A DNA stretch of 64,000 nucleotides from an uncultured Actinomycetota bacterium (GTDB lineage: Bacteria > Actinomycetota > Actinomycetes > JAHEKZ01). Below the pieces are notes generated by a model. The model saw only the letters and a program-made list of their open reading frames with translations, made no database searches and had not been told where the DNA came from. The stretch spans positions 32,001-96,000 of the forward strand of contig CAVURN010000003.1 of NCBI GenBank assembly GCA_963743915.1, given 5' to 3'. The translations under genes and the position numbers were made by a program. This document shows positions 41,141 to 54,623 of the stretch, piece after piece; the stretch's first letter is position 1; each line of letters opens with the position of its first letter.

Positions 41141-42147
41141 GCCCGACGATCCATCTGCACATCGGCGAGCCCAAGTCGGGCACCACCTACCTGCAAGCCA
41201 TGCTCGACGAGAACCGGGCGGCACTGGAACAGGAGGGTCTGCTCACACCCGGTCCACGTGAGCAGATCAGGGCAGCCCAGGACGCCATCCGAGGTACCTC
41301 CGACGGTCGGCTGTGGCAGACCATGGCCGACACCCTCCTCGCATGGTCAGGGGCGGACGCCCTCGTCTCGATGGAGACGCTCTGCCGGGCGAACCCCGCG
41401 GCGGTCAAGCGTGCCGTTCGCGCCTTCGGGGACGCCGAGGTCCGCGTCCACATCACGGTCCGCGACGTGCTGCGCTCACTTCCGGCGCAGTGGCAGCAGT
41501 CGACGCAGCACCGCAAGACCTGGACCTGGCCGGAGTACTCGGGGGCGGTCATCGCCGGCCACGGGGGACATCCGGCCACCAGGAACTTCTGGTCCCAGCA
41601 TGACCTCGAGGCGATCCTCAAACGCTGGTCGAAGGTGGTCGGTTCCGAACACGTCTACGTGATCACCGTGCCTCGCGCGGGTGCGGACCCCCTGCTGCTG
41701 TGGCAGCGGTTCGCGCAGGCGCTGTCGCTGCCGGACGTGGACGTGGCACAGGTCAAGCCGTCGAACGAGTCGCTCGGCGAGGTCTCCGCCGAGCTGATGA
41801 GGCGCGTGAACGAGGCGATCGAACCGCTCGAGCTGTCCGAGAAGCAGTACAACCAGGCGGTGCGCGCAGTGCTCGCCCGGAAGGTGCTCGCCCCTCGGCG
41901 CTCGGCGGAGCCGAAGGTGCTCCCTCCGCCGGAAGCGGCACCGTGGGCCGAGCGAGAGTCCGAACGACTGATCGCCGCGGTCACTGACGCGGGCGTGCAC
42001 GTGGTCGGCGACCTCGACGAGCTGCGTCCTCAGGCCGGTGAGACCGGTCCGGCCGCCGAGGTGCCGTCGGATGCCGACCTCGCGGTGGCCGCGACCGGGG
42101 CCGTGGGCGGCCTGGTCGCAGAGCTCGCCCGGGGAACGCGCGGCTAG
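41137..42147 (+). CDS. Sulfotransferase-fold protein, paralog 4
   Basis: LHIGEPKSGTTYLQ, SME, RDVLRSLPAQWQ, NESLG, VVGDLDEL; ATGA coupling. Confidence 0.78.
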   Translation: MSPTIHLHIGEPKSGTTYLQAMLDENRAALEQEGLLTPGPREQIRAAQDAIRGTSDGRLWQTMADTLLAWSGADALVSMETLCRANPAAVKRAVRAFGDAEVRVHITVRDVLRSLPAQWQQSTQHRKTWTWPEYSGAVIAGHGGHPATRNFWSQHDLEAILKRWSKVVGSEHVYVITVPRAGADPLLLWQRFAQALSLPDVDVAQVKPSNESLGEVSAELMRRVNEAIEPLELSEKQYNQAVRAVLARKVLAPRRSAEPKVLPPPEAAPWAERESERLIAAVTDAGVHVVGDLDELRPQAGETGPAAEVPSDADLAVAATGAVGGLVAELARGTRG

Positions 42148-42219
42148 TCGCCGTTGTGGACCTTCGTGCCGGCAAGCTCGGCGCACATCCCCATCAGACC
42201 GTCCTCACAGGCCGGTGCG

Positions 42220-43441
42220 TCAGCGGGTGCGTGAGCGACGGGCCCGGTACCGGTTGAGCAGTGACGATCCCACCGCCGTCCGATCGGCCAGGGCCGCCGC
42301 CTTTGCACGGTACTTCAGCAGCGACGCAGACCCCCGCATCTGTCGACGTAGCCGGTTCTCGGTGCGTCGCCGGTCGTCGCGCATCCGGCCCATCTCGACG
42401 AGGAGACCAGCGATCCCGTCGACCGCCGCGTCGATGATCTCGGACTCGGTGGGTTCGGCTTCACCGTCGGTGAGATCCTCCGTGACCTCGAGGACGCTCA
42501 GGTCACCCACCACGTGGCAGCCGGACTCGGACAGGCCCTCGATGTTGCGGGCCGTCTGCTCGAGCACCTCACGTGCGAGCGACTCCGGAAGCGCGGGTCG
42601 CCCCGAGCGCGAGCGGGGGCCGAGGATTCGACTGGCCAGGATGTCGCGGGCGATGCCACTGTGGTGCCACCGGGGAAACGACTCCGGAAGCGCGATGTTG
42701 ACCCGGCGCAGCACCTCGGCCTCAGCCATGCCGAGCGAGTCGTTGGCGGCGACCTCGAAGTCGGCGGCGGCTGCGGGGTCGACGCCGACCACCTGGGCGA
42801 ACCGCGTCCAGAGCTCGTCCTTCGGCGAACCTGGGGGCGGCAGCGTCATGAGATGGAACCGCACGGGGGGCAGCGCCGACGTCCAGCGGCGCACGACGTC
42901 CACCGGGTCATGCACGAGCCAGAACCAGCGCCCCGGGCCCTTCTTCCGTGACCCGAACACCTTGCTGACCCACTCGCGGTAGGACAAGCGGGACCGGTGC
43001 TTCACGTACTCCTGGTACTCCGACGGCAGCAGCCGGCCCAGGTTGCGGGTCGTGTAGACGACGTGGACCTCACGCGGAGCCAGGCTCTCGACCGCCCGCT
43101 TCACCTGCTCCGGTGACAGCGCGGCCAGGTGCTCGTCGGAGATGACCGTGCTCGGCGCCTCGCTCTTCACCGCGAGGTCAGCGAGGAGGTCCCAGCTCCC
43201 GGTCCAGTTCGGCCCAGGATCGTCGGGGTTGAACTCCACGCCGCGGATGTCGTTGCCCGCCCGATAGTGGTCGCCCCGGGCGTCGCCGACGACGTGGAGG
43301 CCGGCCTTCCGCAGCTGCTGACGGTTGCGCCAGAGGATGCCCTGCAGGTACGTGGTCCCTGTCTTGGGTGCACCGACGTGCAGGAACACCCGTCTGGTGC
43401 CGGCGGCGTCCGAGCCGTTGCGCGAGCGGGTCTCGCCGGGC

Positions 43442-43452
<11 letters not shown>
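42220..43452 (-). CDS. Sulfotransferase-fold protein, paralog 5
   Basis: LHVGAPKTGTTYLQ, SDE, RNLGRLLPSEYQE, NDSLG, VVGDL; overlaps glfT2 end. Confidence 0.8.
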
Positions 43453-46608
<3,156 letters not shown>

Positions 46609-46627
46609 TCACCGAGGATATCGGTCC

Positions 46628-47611
46628 TCAGCTGCCCGCCAGCACCCGGCGGTCCGGGGGCTTCCAGGGCGCGCGGGCGATCCTGCGGGCCTCGCGCCAG
46701 CCGCGGATCAGGGTGCCGGTGCCGCTGAGCGTGTGCTCGACGTACACCAGTCGGACCTCCTCCTTGAGGAAGGTCAGGGCGGTCCCCGCCCCGAAGCCGA
46801 TGCGGTGGTAGGTGCCGAGGTGCTTGAGGTAGTGCGTCATGTAGCCGCGGTTGCGCATCACGTGGTACCGGAACAGGTCCGACCCGTCGTTGAGGTGACG
46901 GACGGCCAGCGACACCTGTCGCTGCTCGCGCTGGCGTTTCAGGGCGAAGTGGTCGACGTACAGCACCTTGGTCACCCGCGACGCCAGCAGCGCGTAGACG
47001 GCGTCGTCCCAGGTGATGAAGAAGCGAGGATCCGGTGGGCCGATCTCGGCCACCACCTCCCGTGAGACGAACATCCCCTCGAACACCCCCGAGTTGGTCT
47101 CGAAGCTGTCCTTGCCCTCGCTGAAGGGATCGCGCAGGTACGGCAGGGGGATTCCGAGGTACTCGTTGATACGGGGCTGCCAGAAGAAGGCGCCACCGTG
47201 GAAGTCGATGCGCCGGCCGTGGATGCAGCCGCCCTTGGGGGTGAAGGGCAGCAGTCCGGCGAGCCCGTCCGGCAGGGCGATGACGTCGTCGTCCATCAGC
47301 CAGAACCAGTCGTGCCCGTCGGCGAAGGCGGCCACGACGCCGGCGTGGAAGCCTCCGGACCCGCCGGAGTTCTCGGCCAGGTCGATGCGCCGCACCACCG
47401 GGTTGTCGCCGTACTCCCGGTCGAGGAACTCACGCGTCCCGTCAGTGCTGGCGTTGTCGACGACGTAGATGGCCTGCAGCGGCCGGGTCTGGGCGAGGAG
47501 CGACGGAAGCAGGTCGGCCAGGAACTCCTGGCGGTTGTAGGTGACGACCACGGCGGCCACCGACAGGTGGTCGAAGGTGTCGGGGGCGTCCTCGAGGGGC
47601 TCTGACGGCAC
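46628..47611 (-). CDS. GT2 glycosyltransferase, GlfT1-like
   Basis: VVVTYNR, VDNASTDGT, ENSGGSGGF, WLMDDD, FEGMF, FFITWDD; GGAGGAG RBS. Confidence 0.85.
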   Translation of the reverse strand: MPSEPLEDAPDTFDHLSVAAVVVTYNRQEFLADLLPSLLAQTRPLQAIYVVDNASTDGTREFLDREYGDNPVVRRIDLAENSGGSGGFHAGVVAAFADGHDWFWLMDDDVIALPDGLAGLLPFTPKGGCIHGRRIDFHGGAFFWQPRINEYLGIPLPYLRDPFSEGKDSFETNSGVFEGMFVSREVVAEIGPPDPRFFITWDDAVYALLASRVTKVLYVDHFALKRQREQRQVSLAVRHLNDGSDLFRYHVMRNRGYMTHYLKHLGTYHRIGFGAGTALTFLKEEVRLVYVEHTLSGTGTLIRGWREARRIARAPWKPPDRRVLAGS

Positions 47612-47679
47612 AGCACTCCTCCCAGCTCGCTGCCAAGCCATCATAGGTGGGTGCTGCAGCGCGCTATCGTGACCGGGCC

Positions 47680-48693
47680 ATGACCGAGGACCGCGACCCG
47701 TTCCAGTACCACTCGTTGCGCACGTCGATGTTCTTCCCGCAGTCGCGGCTGATGGTGGCCGGCAATCCCAAGGCGGCAGGAACGAGTCTGCGGTGGTGGT
47801 TGCTCCCCCTGCACGGAGTCGACGTCGACGCGCTGACCCGACGGTCGCTGTGGAGCGAGTCGGCGCCCTTCCAGACGGTGTGGGACGTCCGCGTCGACCT
47901 GCGCTACGCCTGGAACAACCTCGGTGACGACGAGCGCAAGGACGCACTCGAGTCCACCGACGTCCTCACCGTGCAGCCGGTGCGGCACCCGGTCACCAGG
48001 GCGTTCTCCGCGTGGTCAGGCAAGTACCTCAATGCCGAGCCCTACTACTCCGACCGGCTGCCCGCGTCGGTGCCCCGGGTCGAGGGGGACGTCGAGTCGC
48101 CGGAGCAGGTGGCAGAGCTGTTCGAGACGTACATCTGTGCTCTGGCTGCGCACGTCGACGAGAACGGGTGGAAGGGCTTCGACGTCCACTTCTGGCCCCA
48201 GCACCTGCTGCTCGGCCGACGCCCCGCGGGCCCGGTGCTGACGCTCCGCCAGGAGTCGCTCGCCGAGGGGCTCGCCGCCGTGCAGGAGCATCTCGCGTCC
48301 CATGGCATCACCGCGGGGCCGGCGCCACGGATCAACGAGACGATCGTCGCCTACCACCCCGACCTGGTGACCGCGACGGCCCTGGAAGTTCTCATCGCCA
48401 TGTACTCGGAGGACTTCCCCGCATGGGACTACCGTCCCGAGGCTCCCTCGGCGCGGCCGCGACCGATCGACTTCGCGTGGCTCAACGACGTACGGGGGCG
48501 CAACGGTCGGTACCAGGTGGTCCACGAGGCGGCCATGCACGGCGAGACACGTGAGCGCGAGCTTCTCGCGGACGTGGCCAGGGCCCGCACGCGGGAACAG
48601 GAGCTGCTGGCCAGCACGTCGTGGCGGCTCACCCGCCCCGTGCGGGCGGTGTCCGACGTCGTGCGACGCCGGAGGCGCTCGCGGGAGCACTGA
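47680..48693 (+). CDS. Sulfotransferase family 2 (carbohydrate sulfotransferase type)
   Basis: NPKAAGTSLR, VRHPVTRAFSAW, DVHFWPQ, YSEDF; C-terminal STSWRLTRPVR. Confidence 0.8.
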   Translation: MTEDRDPFQYHSLRTSMFFPQSRLMVAGNPKAAGTSLRWWLLPLHGVDVDALTRRSLWSESAPFQTVWDVRVDLRYAWNNLGDDERKDALESTDVLTVQPVRHPVTRAFSAWSGKYLNAEPYYSDRLPASVPRVEGDVESPEQVAELFETYICALAAHVDENGWKGFDVHFWPQHLLLGRRPAGPVLTLRQESLAEGLAAVQEHLASHGITAGPAPRINETIVAYHPDLVTATALEVLIAMYSEDFPAWDYRPEAPSARPRPIDFAWLNDVRGRNGRYQVVHEAAMHGETRERELLADVARARTREQELLASTSWRLTRPVRAVSDVVRRRRRSREH

Positions 48694-48766
48694 GGCGCTC
48701 ACCCGTTTCCACCGGGCGGGCGGATCCGTAGGGTGGAGCGCAATTCCGACGGCGTGGGAGCGTGTG

Positions 48767-49918
48767 GTGACGAACAGTTCGAGCAAGCCGGTGATCTATC
48801 TCATCGGCACGAGCGGCTTTCCCAACTTCGGCGACGAGTTCATCACCTCCGCCTGGCTCCGCTACCTCGCACAGACCATGCCGTCGGCCGAGGTGTGGGT
48901 CGACAGTCCCCGCCCCGGCCAGAGCGCCGTCCTGCACGGCGACAGCCACCCGAACGTGCGGTTCGTGGATTCGCTGTACCACGCGGTCCTGAACGCTCCC
49001 TCCGAGTCCGCGGACGACACCCTGGCGTTCGGGCGCGAGGTCGTCGGCAATCCCGGACTGATCCCGCGTGAGGCTTCCGGCATCGAGTTCCTCGAGCACG
49101 TGGACGTGGTGCACGTGATCGGTGGTGGGTACCTGGCCAGCACCTGGCCGCGCAACCTCACCTTGCTGGCCGCCGCTGCTGCGATGGCGGAGCGGTACGG
49201 CACCCGCACGGCCCTCACCGGCGCGGGTCTGGTGCCGGCGGATCCCGAGGCGGTTCCCGCGCTGACCAAGCTGCTCGCCGGATTCGACGTCCTCGACGTC
49301 CGGGACCAGGCCTCTCACGCGCTGGTGTCGGCCGAGGCGTCCCATGCAACCTTCACCGGCGACGACGCCTTCCTGCACCCGCAGCTCACCGAGCAGGATC
49401 AGCGCTTTCCGGTCCAGACACTGGTCAACGTGCAGGGCGACTTCCTCACGCAACCGCTCGACGAGGTGGCCGACTACATCGCGCGCACCTTCAAGGAGTG
49501 GCGGGTCGACCAGAGCCGGGTGGTCGTCGTCGAGAGCCTGCCCCCCGACGACTCGGGTATCGCCGGTCTGCTCCGTGAGCGGCTTCCGCTGGTGGAGGTG
49601 CTGCCCTTCTCCATCATGTGGCGGCACGGCTTCCCGACCCCGCCACGCTCGCGATGGGTGACGACGCGGTTCCATCCGCAGCTGATCGGTGCCGCCAACG
49701 GAGGCTGGGGCGTCGTGCTGCCCATCGGTGGAGACCACTCCATGGTCGACCCCACCACTCTGATCGATGCGGGATCGGGCTGGGCGGCACCACCGGACCT
49801 CGACACCGTCGTCCCCTGGCAGCGCAGCTTCAGCGAGCCCTTCGACGGAGCCCTGCCGAAGCTGCGGGCCGACAAACGTGCGGTCGCCGACCGTGTGCGG
49901 GCCTTGATCCGCACCTGA
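48767..49918 (+). CDS. Polysaccharide pyruvyl transferase family protein
   Basis: GFPNFGDEFI, IGGGY, DVRD, TGDDAF, TTRFH. Confidence 0.85.
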   Translation: MTNSSSKPVIYLIGTSGFPNFGDEFITSAWLRYLAQTMPSAEVWVDSPRPGQSAVLHGDSHPNVRFVDSLYHAVLNAPSESADDTLAFGREVVGNPGLIPREASGIEFLEHVDVVHVIGGGYLASTWPRNLTLLAAAAAMAERYGTRTALTGAGLVPADPEAVPALTKLLAGFDVLDVRDQASHALVSAEASHATFTGDDAFLHPQLTEQDQRFPVQTLVNVQGDFLTQPLDEVADYIARTFKEWRVDQSRVVVVESLPPDDSGIAGLLRERLPLVEVLPFSIMWRHGFPTPPRSRWVTTRFHPQLIGAANGGWGVVLPIGGDHSMVDPTTLIDAGSGWAAPPDLDTVVPWQRSFSEPFDGALPKLRADKRAVADRVRALIRT

Positions 49919-49919
49919 C

Positions 49920-50286
49920 ATGCCCCGCCGCACACTGCTGGTCCCGATCATGGTGCTCGGTGCGTGTCTCGCCGTCGGTGCCTGCGGTGACAACGACACG
50001 GACGCGGGAGTCGCGCCCTCGGCGTCACCGACCGACTTCGAGCCGTCCGGCAGCCCTTGTCTCGGCGGCGGGGGTCCGGCTGAGCCGTCGGACGCGGGGC
50101 CCGACACCGACCAGTACCTCGGGCTCACCGAGCAGGAGGCCGAGAAGCTGGCGAAGGACAACGCGTTCACCGTCAGGGTCGCCGGCACGCGACGGCGAGT
50201 GCTACGCGCTGACGATGGACTACCGCACCGATCGGGTGAACGTGTACCTGGAGGACGGCACGGTCACCGCCGCCATCATCGGATGA
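49920..50286 (+). CDS. Small lipoprotein with I78 inhibitor-like C-terminus (frameshift near 50187)
   Basis: Lipobox VGAC; YLGLTEQEA; second frame TMDYRTDRVNVYLEDGTVTAAIIG. Confidence 0.75.
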
Positions 50287-50320
50287 CGCGGCCCTGAGCG
50301 CATAGGGCAGGATCTGGGCC

Positions 50321-51475
50321 ATGGCCTTCACCTCAGATGACGTCTCGACCATCACCACTGCCGTCGACGGCATGGCCGACCAGCTGGTGAACCTCTCGCA
50401 CGAGATCTCCGCCGACCCCGAGCTCTCGTACGACGAGCATCGCGCCGCCGAACGCTGCGCGGCACTGCTCGAGAAGCACGGCTTCGAGGTGGAACGTCAC
50501 AGCTACGGCCAGCCGACGAGCTTCGCGGCACGCGTGGGCAGCGGCAAGACGCACGTGGTGATCTGTGCGGAGTACGACGCATTGCCCGTGGTGGGGCACG
50601 CCTGCGGCCACAACATCATCGCGTCGTCGGGCCTCGGCGCCGGCATGGCTCTTGCGCCGCTGGTGGACGCCGCCGACATGCGCCTCACCGTGCTCGGCAC
50701 CCACGCCGAGGAAGTCGGTGGGGGCAAGGTCGAGCTGATCGACGCGGGGGCGTTCGACGACGCCGACGTCGCACTGATGATGCACCCGACCCCGTACGAC
50801 GAGTACGGGCCGACCAGCCTGGCGATCGAGGAGTGGGTCGCCGTCTACACCGGGCATGCCTCCCACGCGTCGGGTGCACCTCATCTCGGCCGCAACGCTC
50901 TGGACGGTGTCGTCGCCGGGTACACGAACATCGGCCTGCTTCGTCAGTACCTCAAGAAGTGGCAGCAGGTGCACGGTGTGATCACCGAGGGCGGTGAGGC
51001 GGCCAACGTCATCCCCGAGCGCGCCGTGGCGTCCTACTACTTGCGCGCGATCGACATGGACGACCTCGAAGATCTGCGCACGAAGGTGCGCAACTGCCTC
51101 GAGGGTGCGGCGCGGGCGACCAACACCGAGGTCGAGATCAGCGTGAACGGGTACGTGTACGAGTCGTTGAAGCCGAACAAGGGACTCGTCGACACGTTCG
51201 CGGCCGCGTGCGAGGCCATCGGCCGGGAGTTCGCCGCCGACCCCGAGGGTGACAGTCCTGCGGGTTCCACCGACTTCGGCAACGTGAGCCAGCGCGTTCC
51301 CGGGCTGCACGCCGACATGGCGGTGTACTCCTACCCGGCGGTGAACCACCAGCACGAGTTCGCCGCCGCCTGCCGCTCACCCGAGGGCGACAAGACCATG
51401 CTGGACGGCGCCAAGGCCCTGGCGCTGACCGCGCTGGCCGTCGCCGCGGACCCGGGGATCCTCCAGAACACCTGA
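50321..51475 (+). CDS. M20 family amidohydrolase
   Basis: PELSYDE, EYDALP, HACGHN, AEEVGGGK, MMHP, GSTDFGNVS. Confidence 0.92.
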   Translation: MAFTSDDVSTITTAVDGMADQLVNLSHEISADPELSYDEHRAAERCAALLEKHGFEVERHSYGQPTSFAARVGSGKTHVVICAEYDALPVVGHACGHNIIASSGLGAGMALAPLVDAADMRLTVLGTHAEEVGGGKVELIDAGAFDDADVALMMHPTPYDEYGPTSLAIEEWVAVYTGHASHASGAPHLGRNALDGVVAGYTNIGLLRQYLKKWQQVHGVITEGGEAANVIPERAVASYYLRAIDMDDLEDLRTKVRNCLEGAARATNTEVEISVNGYVYESLKPNKGLVDTFAAACEAIGREFAADPEGDSPAGSTDFGNVSQRVPGLHADMAVYSYPAVNHQHEFAAACRSPEGDKTMLDGAKALALTALAVAADPGILQNT

Positions 51476-51479
51476 CGGC

Positions 51480-51534
51480 GTCAAGTGTCCCTCAGGGCGA
51501 CGGAGTCGAGTGTCCCTCGGGGAGACACTCGGCG
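51480..51534. repeat. CGAGTG-family repeat cluster
   Basis: GTC(A/G)AGTGTCCCTC twice then GACACTCGGCG; between convergent genes. Confidence 0.75.
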
Positions 51535-51543
51535 AGCCTGCGC

Positions 51544-52861
51544 TCAGCCGACGTCGTGGGCGGCCACGAAGACCCGGTCCGGGTCGTAGGTGGCGCGAAC
51601 CTCGGCCAGCCTCGCCCCGGCGTCCGGTGTGTGAAGCGCCGACGTGTCGGCGTGCTCGGCGAAGTTCATCAGCCGACGCGATGACACCGCACTGCCCAGC
51701 GAGCTGTGCAACGCCTCGATCGCGCCGCGGACAGCCTTGCCCGCCTCGGCGTCCGGCGTGATCCCGACCGCATACATCAGGAACGGTTCGTCCACCGGGT
51801 CGAGCGCGCCCGAAGCCGTGGAGGGACGCGCGAACGCCCCGCCCATGTGTCGCACCTGGAGCCCCACGAAGGGTGACCCCGGTCCGGAGTTCGCCACTGC
51901 CGCCGCGATCTCGGCGTCATCGAAGGCGTGGAGCAACCAGCCCTCGAGGTCTGCCGGCGCGGGTCCCGGCGGGTCCATGTGGATCGTCCCCAGCTGGTTG
52001 GCTGGCATGACCGCGAAGGTGTCCATGCCCGGTCCCAGGGCGCGCAGCGGTGCCAGCAGGTCGGACGCTTCCGCCTCGCCCATCAGCAGCACGGCCTGCA
52101 CGATGGCGAAGGACTTGCCACGCAGGGGTTCCGGAACCTCCGGGAACGGTGGAACGTTGATGACTCGACCGGTCGACGTGACGGTCTCGGGGACGGAGTC
52201 GGTCCACGCCCTCCAGGCGGTCAACACCTCCGCCGCGCGCTCCGCCGGGAAGAACAGGGTGCCGCCGTAGATCTGGGGGGCGTCGACGAGACCGATCTCG
52301 AGCGCGGTCACGGCGGCGAAGCTGCCGCCACCTCCGCGCAACGCCCAGGTCAGGTCGGGGTCACTCGCGTCATCGATCCGCTTCGTCGACCCGTCGGCGA
52401 GGACCACGTCTGCTGCGATGACACGGTTGCACGCGAATCCGTGTGCGCGTCCGAGCCAGCCGATGCCACCGCCGAGGGTGTAGCCGACCGTGCCGACGCC
52501 ACCGGACGAGCCCGCGAGCCCCGCGAGGCCGTGCGGTGCGGCGGCGTCCGCCACCGCCTGCCACTGGGCGCCGGCCCCCACGCGCGCGACCTTTGCGTCG
52601 GCGTCCACGACCACGTCGGTGATGTCCGTGCGTGCGGACCAGGACGACGTCACTGAGGTCGTGCCGGTGAGACGCAGCGTGGCCGGTGTTCTGGATCATG
52701 ACGCGGAACCCGCGCTCGCGGGCCTGCCGCACGGCGGCAGCCACGTCGTCGGCGCTCGTGGCGGCCACGACAGCCGCCGGCTGCTGGTCGACGGCGACGT
52801 TCCACGGCACCCGTCCTGCGTCGAAGCCTTCGTCGCCGGCGGTGAAGAGGGACGCAGCCAT
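51544..52861 (-). CDS. FAD-binding oxidoreductase (frameshift near 52630)
   Basis: NTGH, VGYTLGGGIGWL, WALRGGGG, YDPDRVF. Confidence 0.88.
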
Positions 52862-52864
52862 GTG

Positions 52865-53326
52865 TCAGCCTTTCGTGCGGGCGGATTCACCGGCGAAGAT
52901 CCCGGCAAGCCGGAGCATGGCGCGCTGCGTCTGGCGACGCAACCAGATTCGGAGAACCGGCCAGACCACCCGCTCGGACGCCGGCAGCGCCAGGGGCGTG
53001 AGCGTGAAGCTGACCCGCGTGGCGTCCGCGCCGACCGGCTCGAGCGCGAACGTGCCGTGGCTGCGCCGCTTGCCACCCGCGCCGACGCTCTCCTCGACGA
53101 TCCGGGTCGGGGACTCGACCGCGATCACCGTGATGTCGGCGAAGTCGCGCTTGTTGAGCGTGGTGCGGGTGCGCACCCCTGCCCCGAGTCCGCGGGCGGG
53201 GCCGAACGTGCTCCAGTCGACCAGGTAGTGGTCGTTGAACTGCTCGTGCGCGGCCGGCTCGTCGAGCAGCGCGAAGACCTGCTCGATCGGCGCGGGCACC
53301 TCGGCGGTGACGGTGAACGGCTTCAT
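52865..53326 (-). CDS. SRPBCC family protein
   Basis: VPAPIEQVF, PTRIVEE, TRVSF; GAGGAG RBS. Confidence 0.82.
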   Translation of the reverse strand: MKPFTVTAEVPAPIEQVFALLDEPAAHEQFNDHYLVDWSTFGPARGLGAGVRTRTTLNKRDFADITVIAVESPTRIVEESVGAGGKRRSHGTFALEPVGADATRVSFTLTPLALPASERVVWPVLRIWLRRQTQRAMLRLAGIFAGESARTKG

Positions 53327-53338
53327 GGGGAGCTCCTC

Positions 53339-53400
53339 TTGTGACGCGGTGTCGCAATCTTTCGGCGACTGTGGCACACTTTGTGACACGATGTCAACAA
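53339..53400. promoter_or_regulatory. Two probable TetR operators
   Basis: TTGTGACGCGGTGTCGCAA (53339) and TTGTGACACGATGTCAACAA (53381), related imperfect palindromes between divergent SRPBCC and tetR. Confidence 0.65.
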
Positions 53401-54029
53401 CGAACCCAGCCACCGAGCCGCGCATTCCGCGCGCCCCGCGCGTCCCTGCCTCCGAGGCCCGCCAGCGCATCGCGGACGCCGCCGTCCGCCTGCTGGCGAC
53501 CACCCGGTTCCGCGACCTGACGGTGGACGCAGTGATGGCCGAGGCCGGGCTCGCCCGCACCGTCTTCTACCGGCACTTCGACTCGCTGCCGGCGCTGGCG
53601 GTGGCGCTGCTGACCGACATGGTCGCTGACGTCGAGCGTCTCGCCGAGCCGCTGGCCGACGCGGACCTGCCCGAGCTCCGTGAGGGGGTGCTGCGCGGTC
53701 AGCTCGACGTGCTCGTGGACCGTTACGCCCGCTACGGTCCGCTGCTGCTGGCCTTCGACGACGCCGCCGCCCTGGACGCGGAGATCGAGGCGTTGCGAAC
53801 CGCGCAGCTGGAGCGGGCACTGGCGATGACGACGACGCTGTTCACCACCGGGATCGAGCGAGGCGTCCTGGCTCCGCTCGGTTCGCCCGGTGTGCCACTG
53901 GCCCTGGTGGTGATGAACCACGCGTACCTGCTGGCCGAGTTCGGACAGGGCGGTGGCGACGCCGACCGCGCCCGCGCGACCCTCTGGACCGTCTGGAGTC
54001 GAGTCACCGGACTCGGCTCCGACCTCTGA
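53391..54029 (+). CDS. TetR/AcrR family regulator
   Basis: RIADAAVRLL...LTVDAVMAEAGLARTVFYRHF. Confidence 0.93.
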   Translation: MSTTNPATEPRIPRAPRVPASEARQRIADAAVRLLATTRFRDLTVDAVMAEAGLARTVFYRHFDSLPALAVALLTDMVADVERLAEPLADADLPELREGVLRGQLDVLVDRYARYGPLLLAFDDAAALDAEIEALRTAQLERALAMTTTLFTTGIERGVLAPLGSPGVPLALVVMNHAYLLAEFGQGGGDADRARATLWTVWSRVTGLGSDL

Positions 54030-54032
54030 CCT

Positions 54033-54215
54033 TCAGCAGCGGAGGCGTCGCGGACGGGTGAGCAGGCGCTCGCCGACGTAGACGCCGTCACCCTTGGGCG
54101 GGGTCGCACCCATCTCGTCGAGCTCGAGCTCGCCCCACTCGCGCAGACCCGAGAGAGAACCGGGCAGAGGCGCATCCACGATGCGATAGCTGTCGAGCTC
54201 GTCCGAGGTCGTCAT
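54033..54215 (-). CDS. Hypothetical small protein (60 aa)
   Basis: AGGAGGT RBS before ATG; GC-rich third positions; fills gap between genes. Confidence 0.55.
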   Translation of the reverse strand: MTTSDELDSYRIVDAPLPGSLSGLREWGELELDEMGATPPKGDGVYVGERLLTRPRRLRC

Positions 54216-54297
54216 GGCACCACCTCCTGTGCAGGTGGTCACTGTCGCACCGGGACCGACACCCGCGGCGGTCGTGCAGGCGCTTCGCTCGGACGCG

Positions 54298-54576
54298 TCA
54301 GAGGCGCGACTCGTCGACCTCGATCGAGACACTCACCGGATCGCCGTCCGCCTTGCCGCGCCGCACCTTCTTGGGGACCGGCAGCATCCAGCCTGCGCTC
54401 TTGTCGCGCCACACGCTCGTCTCCCACCGGACGCCGTCGACCTCGGCGATGACCGGCACGCGGCCGAAGGCGCCGACGAAGTCCGGTGCGGCCTCGGCCG
54501 GCACCTTGACGAAGTGCCAGGCCGCCGGGCCCTCCCACTCGACCAGCTCGCCCTCGAACCCGTGTGCCACCAGCAC
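54298..54576 (-). CDS. DUF1905 domain protein
   Basis: WHFV, FGRVPV, WETSVW, LPVPKKVR; AAGGAGG RBS. Confidence 0.87.
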   Translation of the reverse strand: MLVAHGFEGELVEWEGPAAWHFVKVPAEAAPDFVGAFGRVPVIAEVDGVRWETSVWRDKSAGWMLPVPKKVRRGKADGDPVSVSIEVDESRL

Positions 54577-54623
54577 TCACGCCTCCTTCGTCGTCTCTGA
54601 CGCTAGACGCCGACACCGACAGG

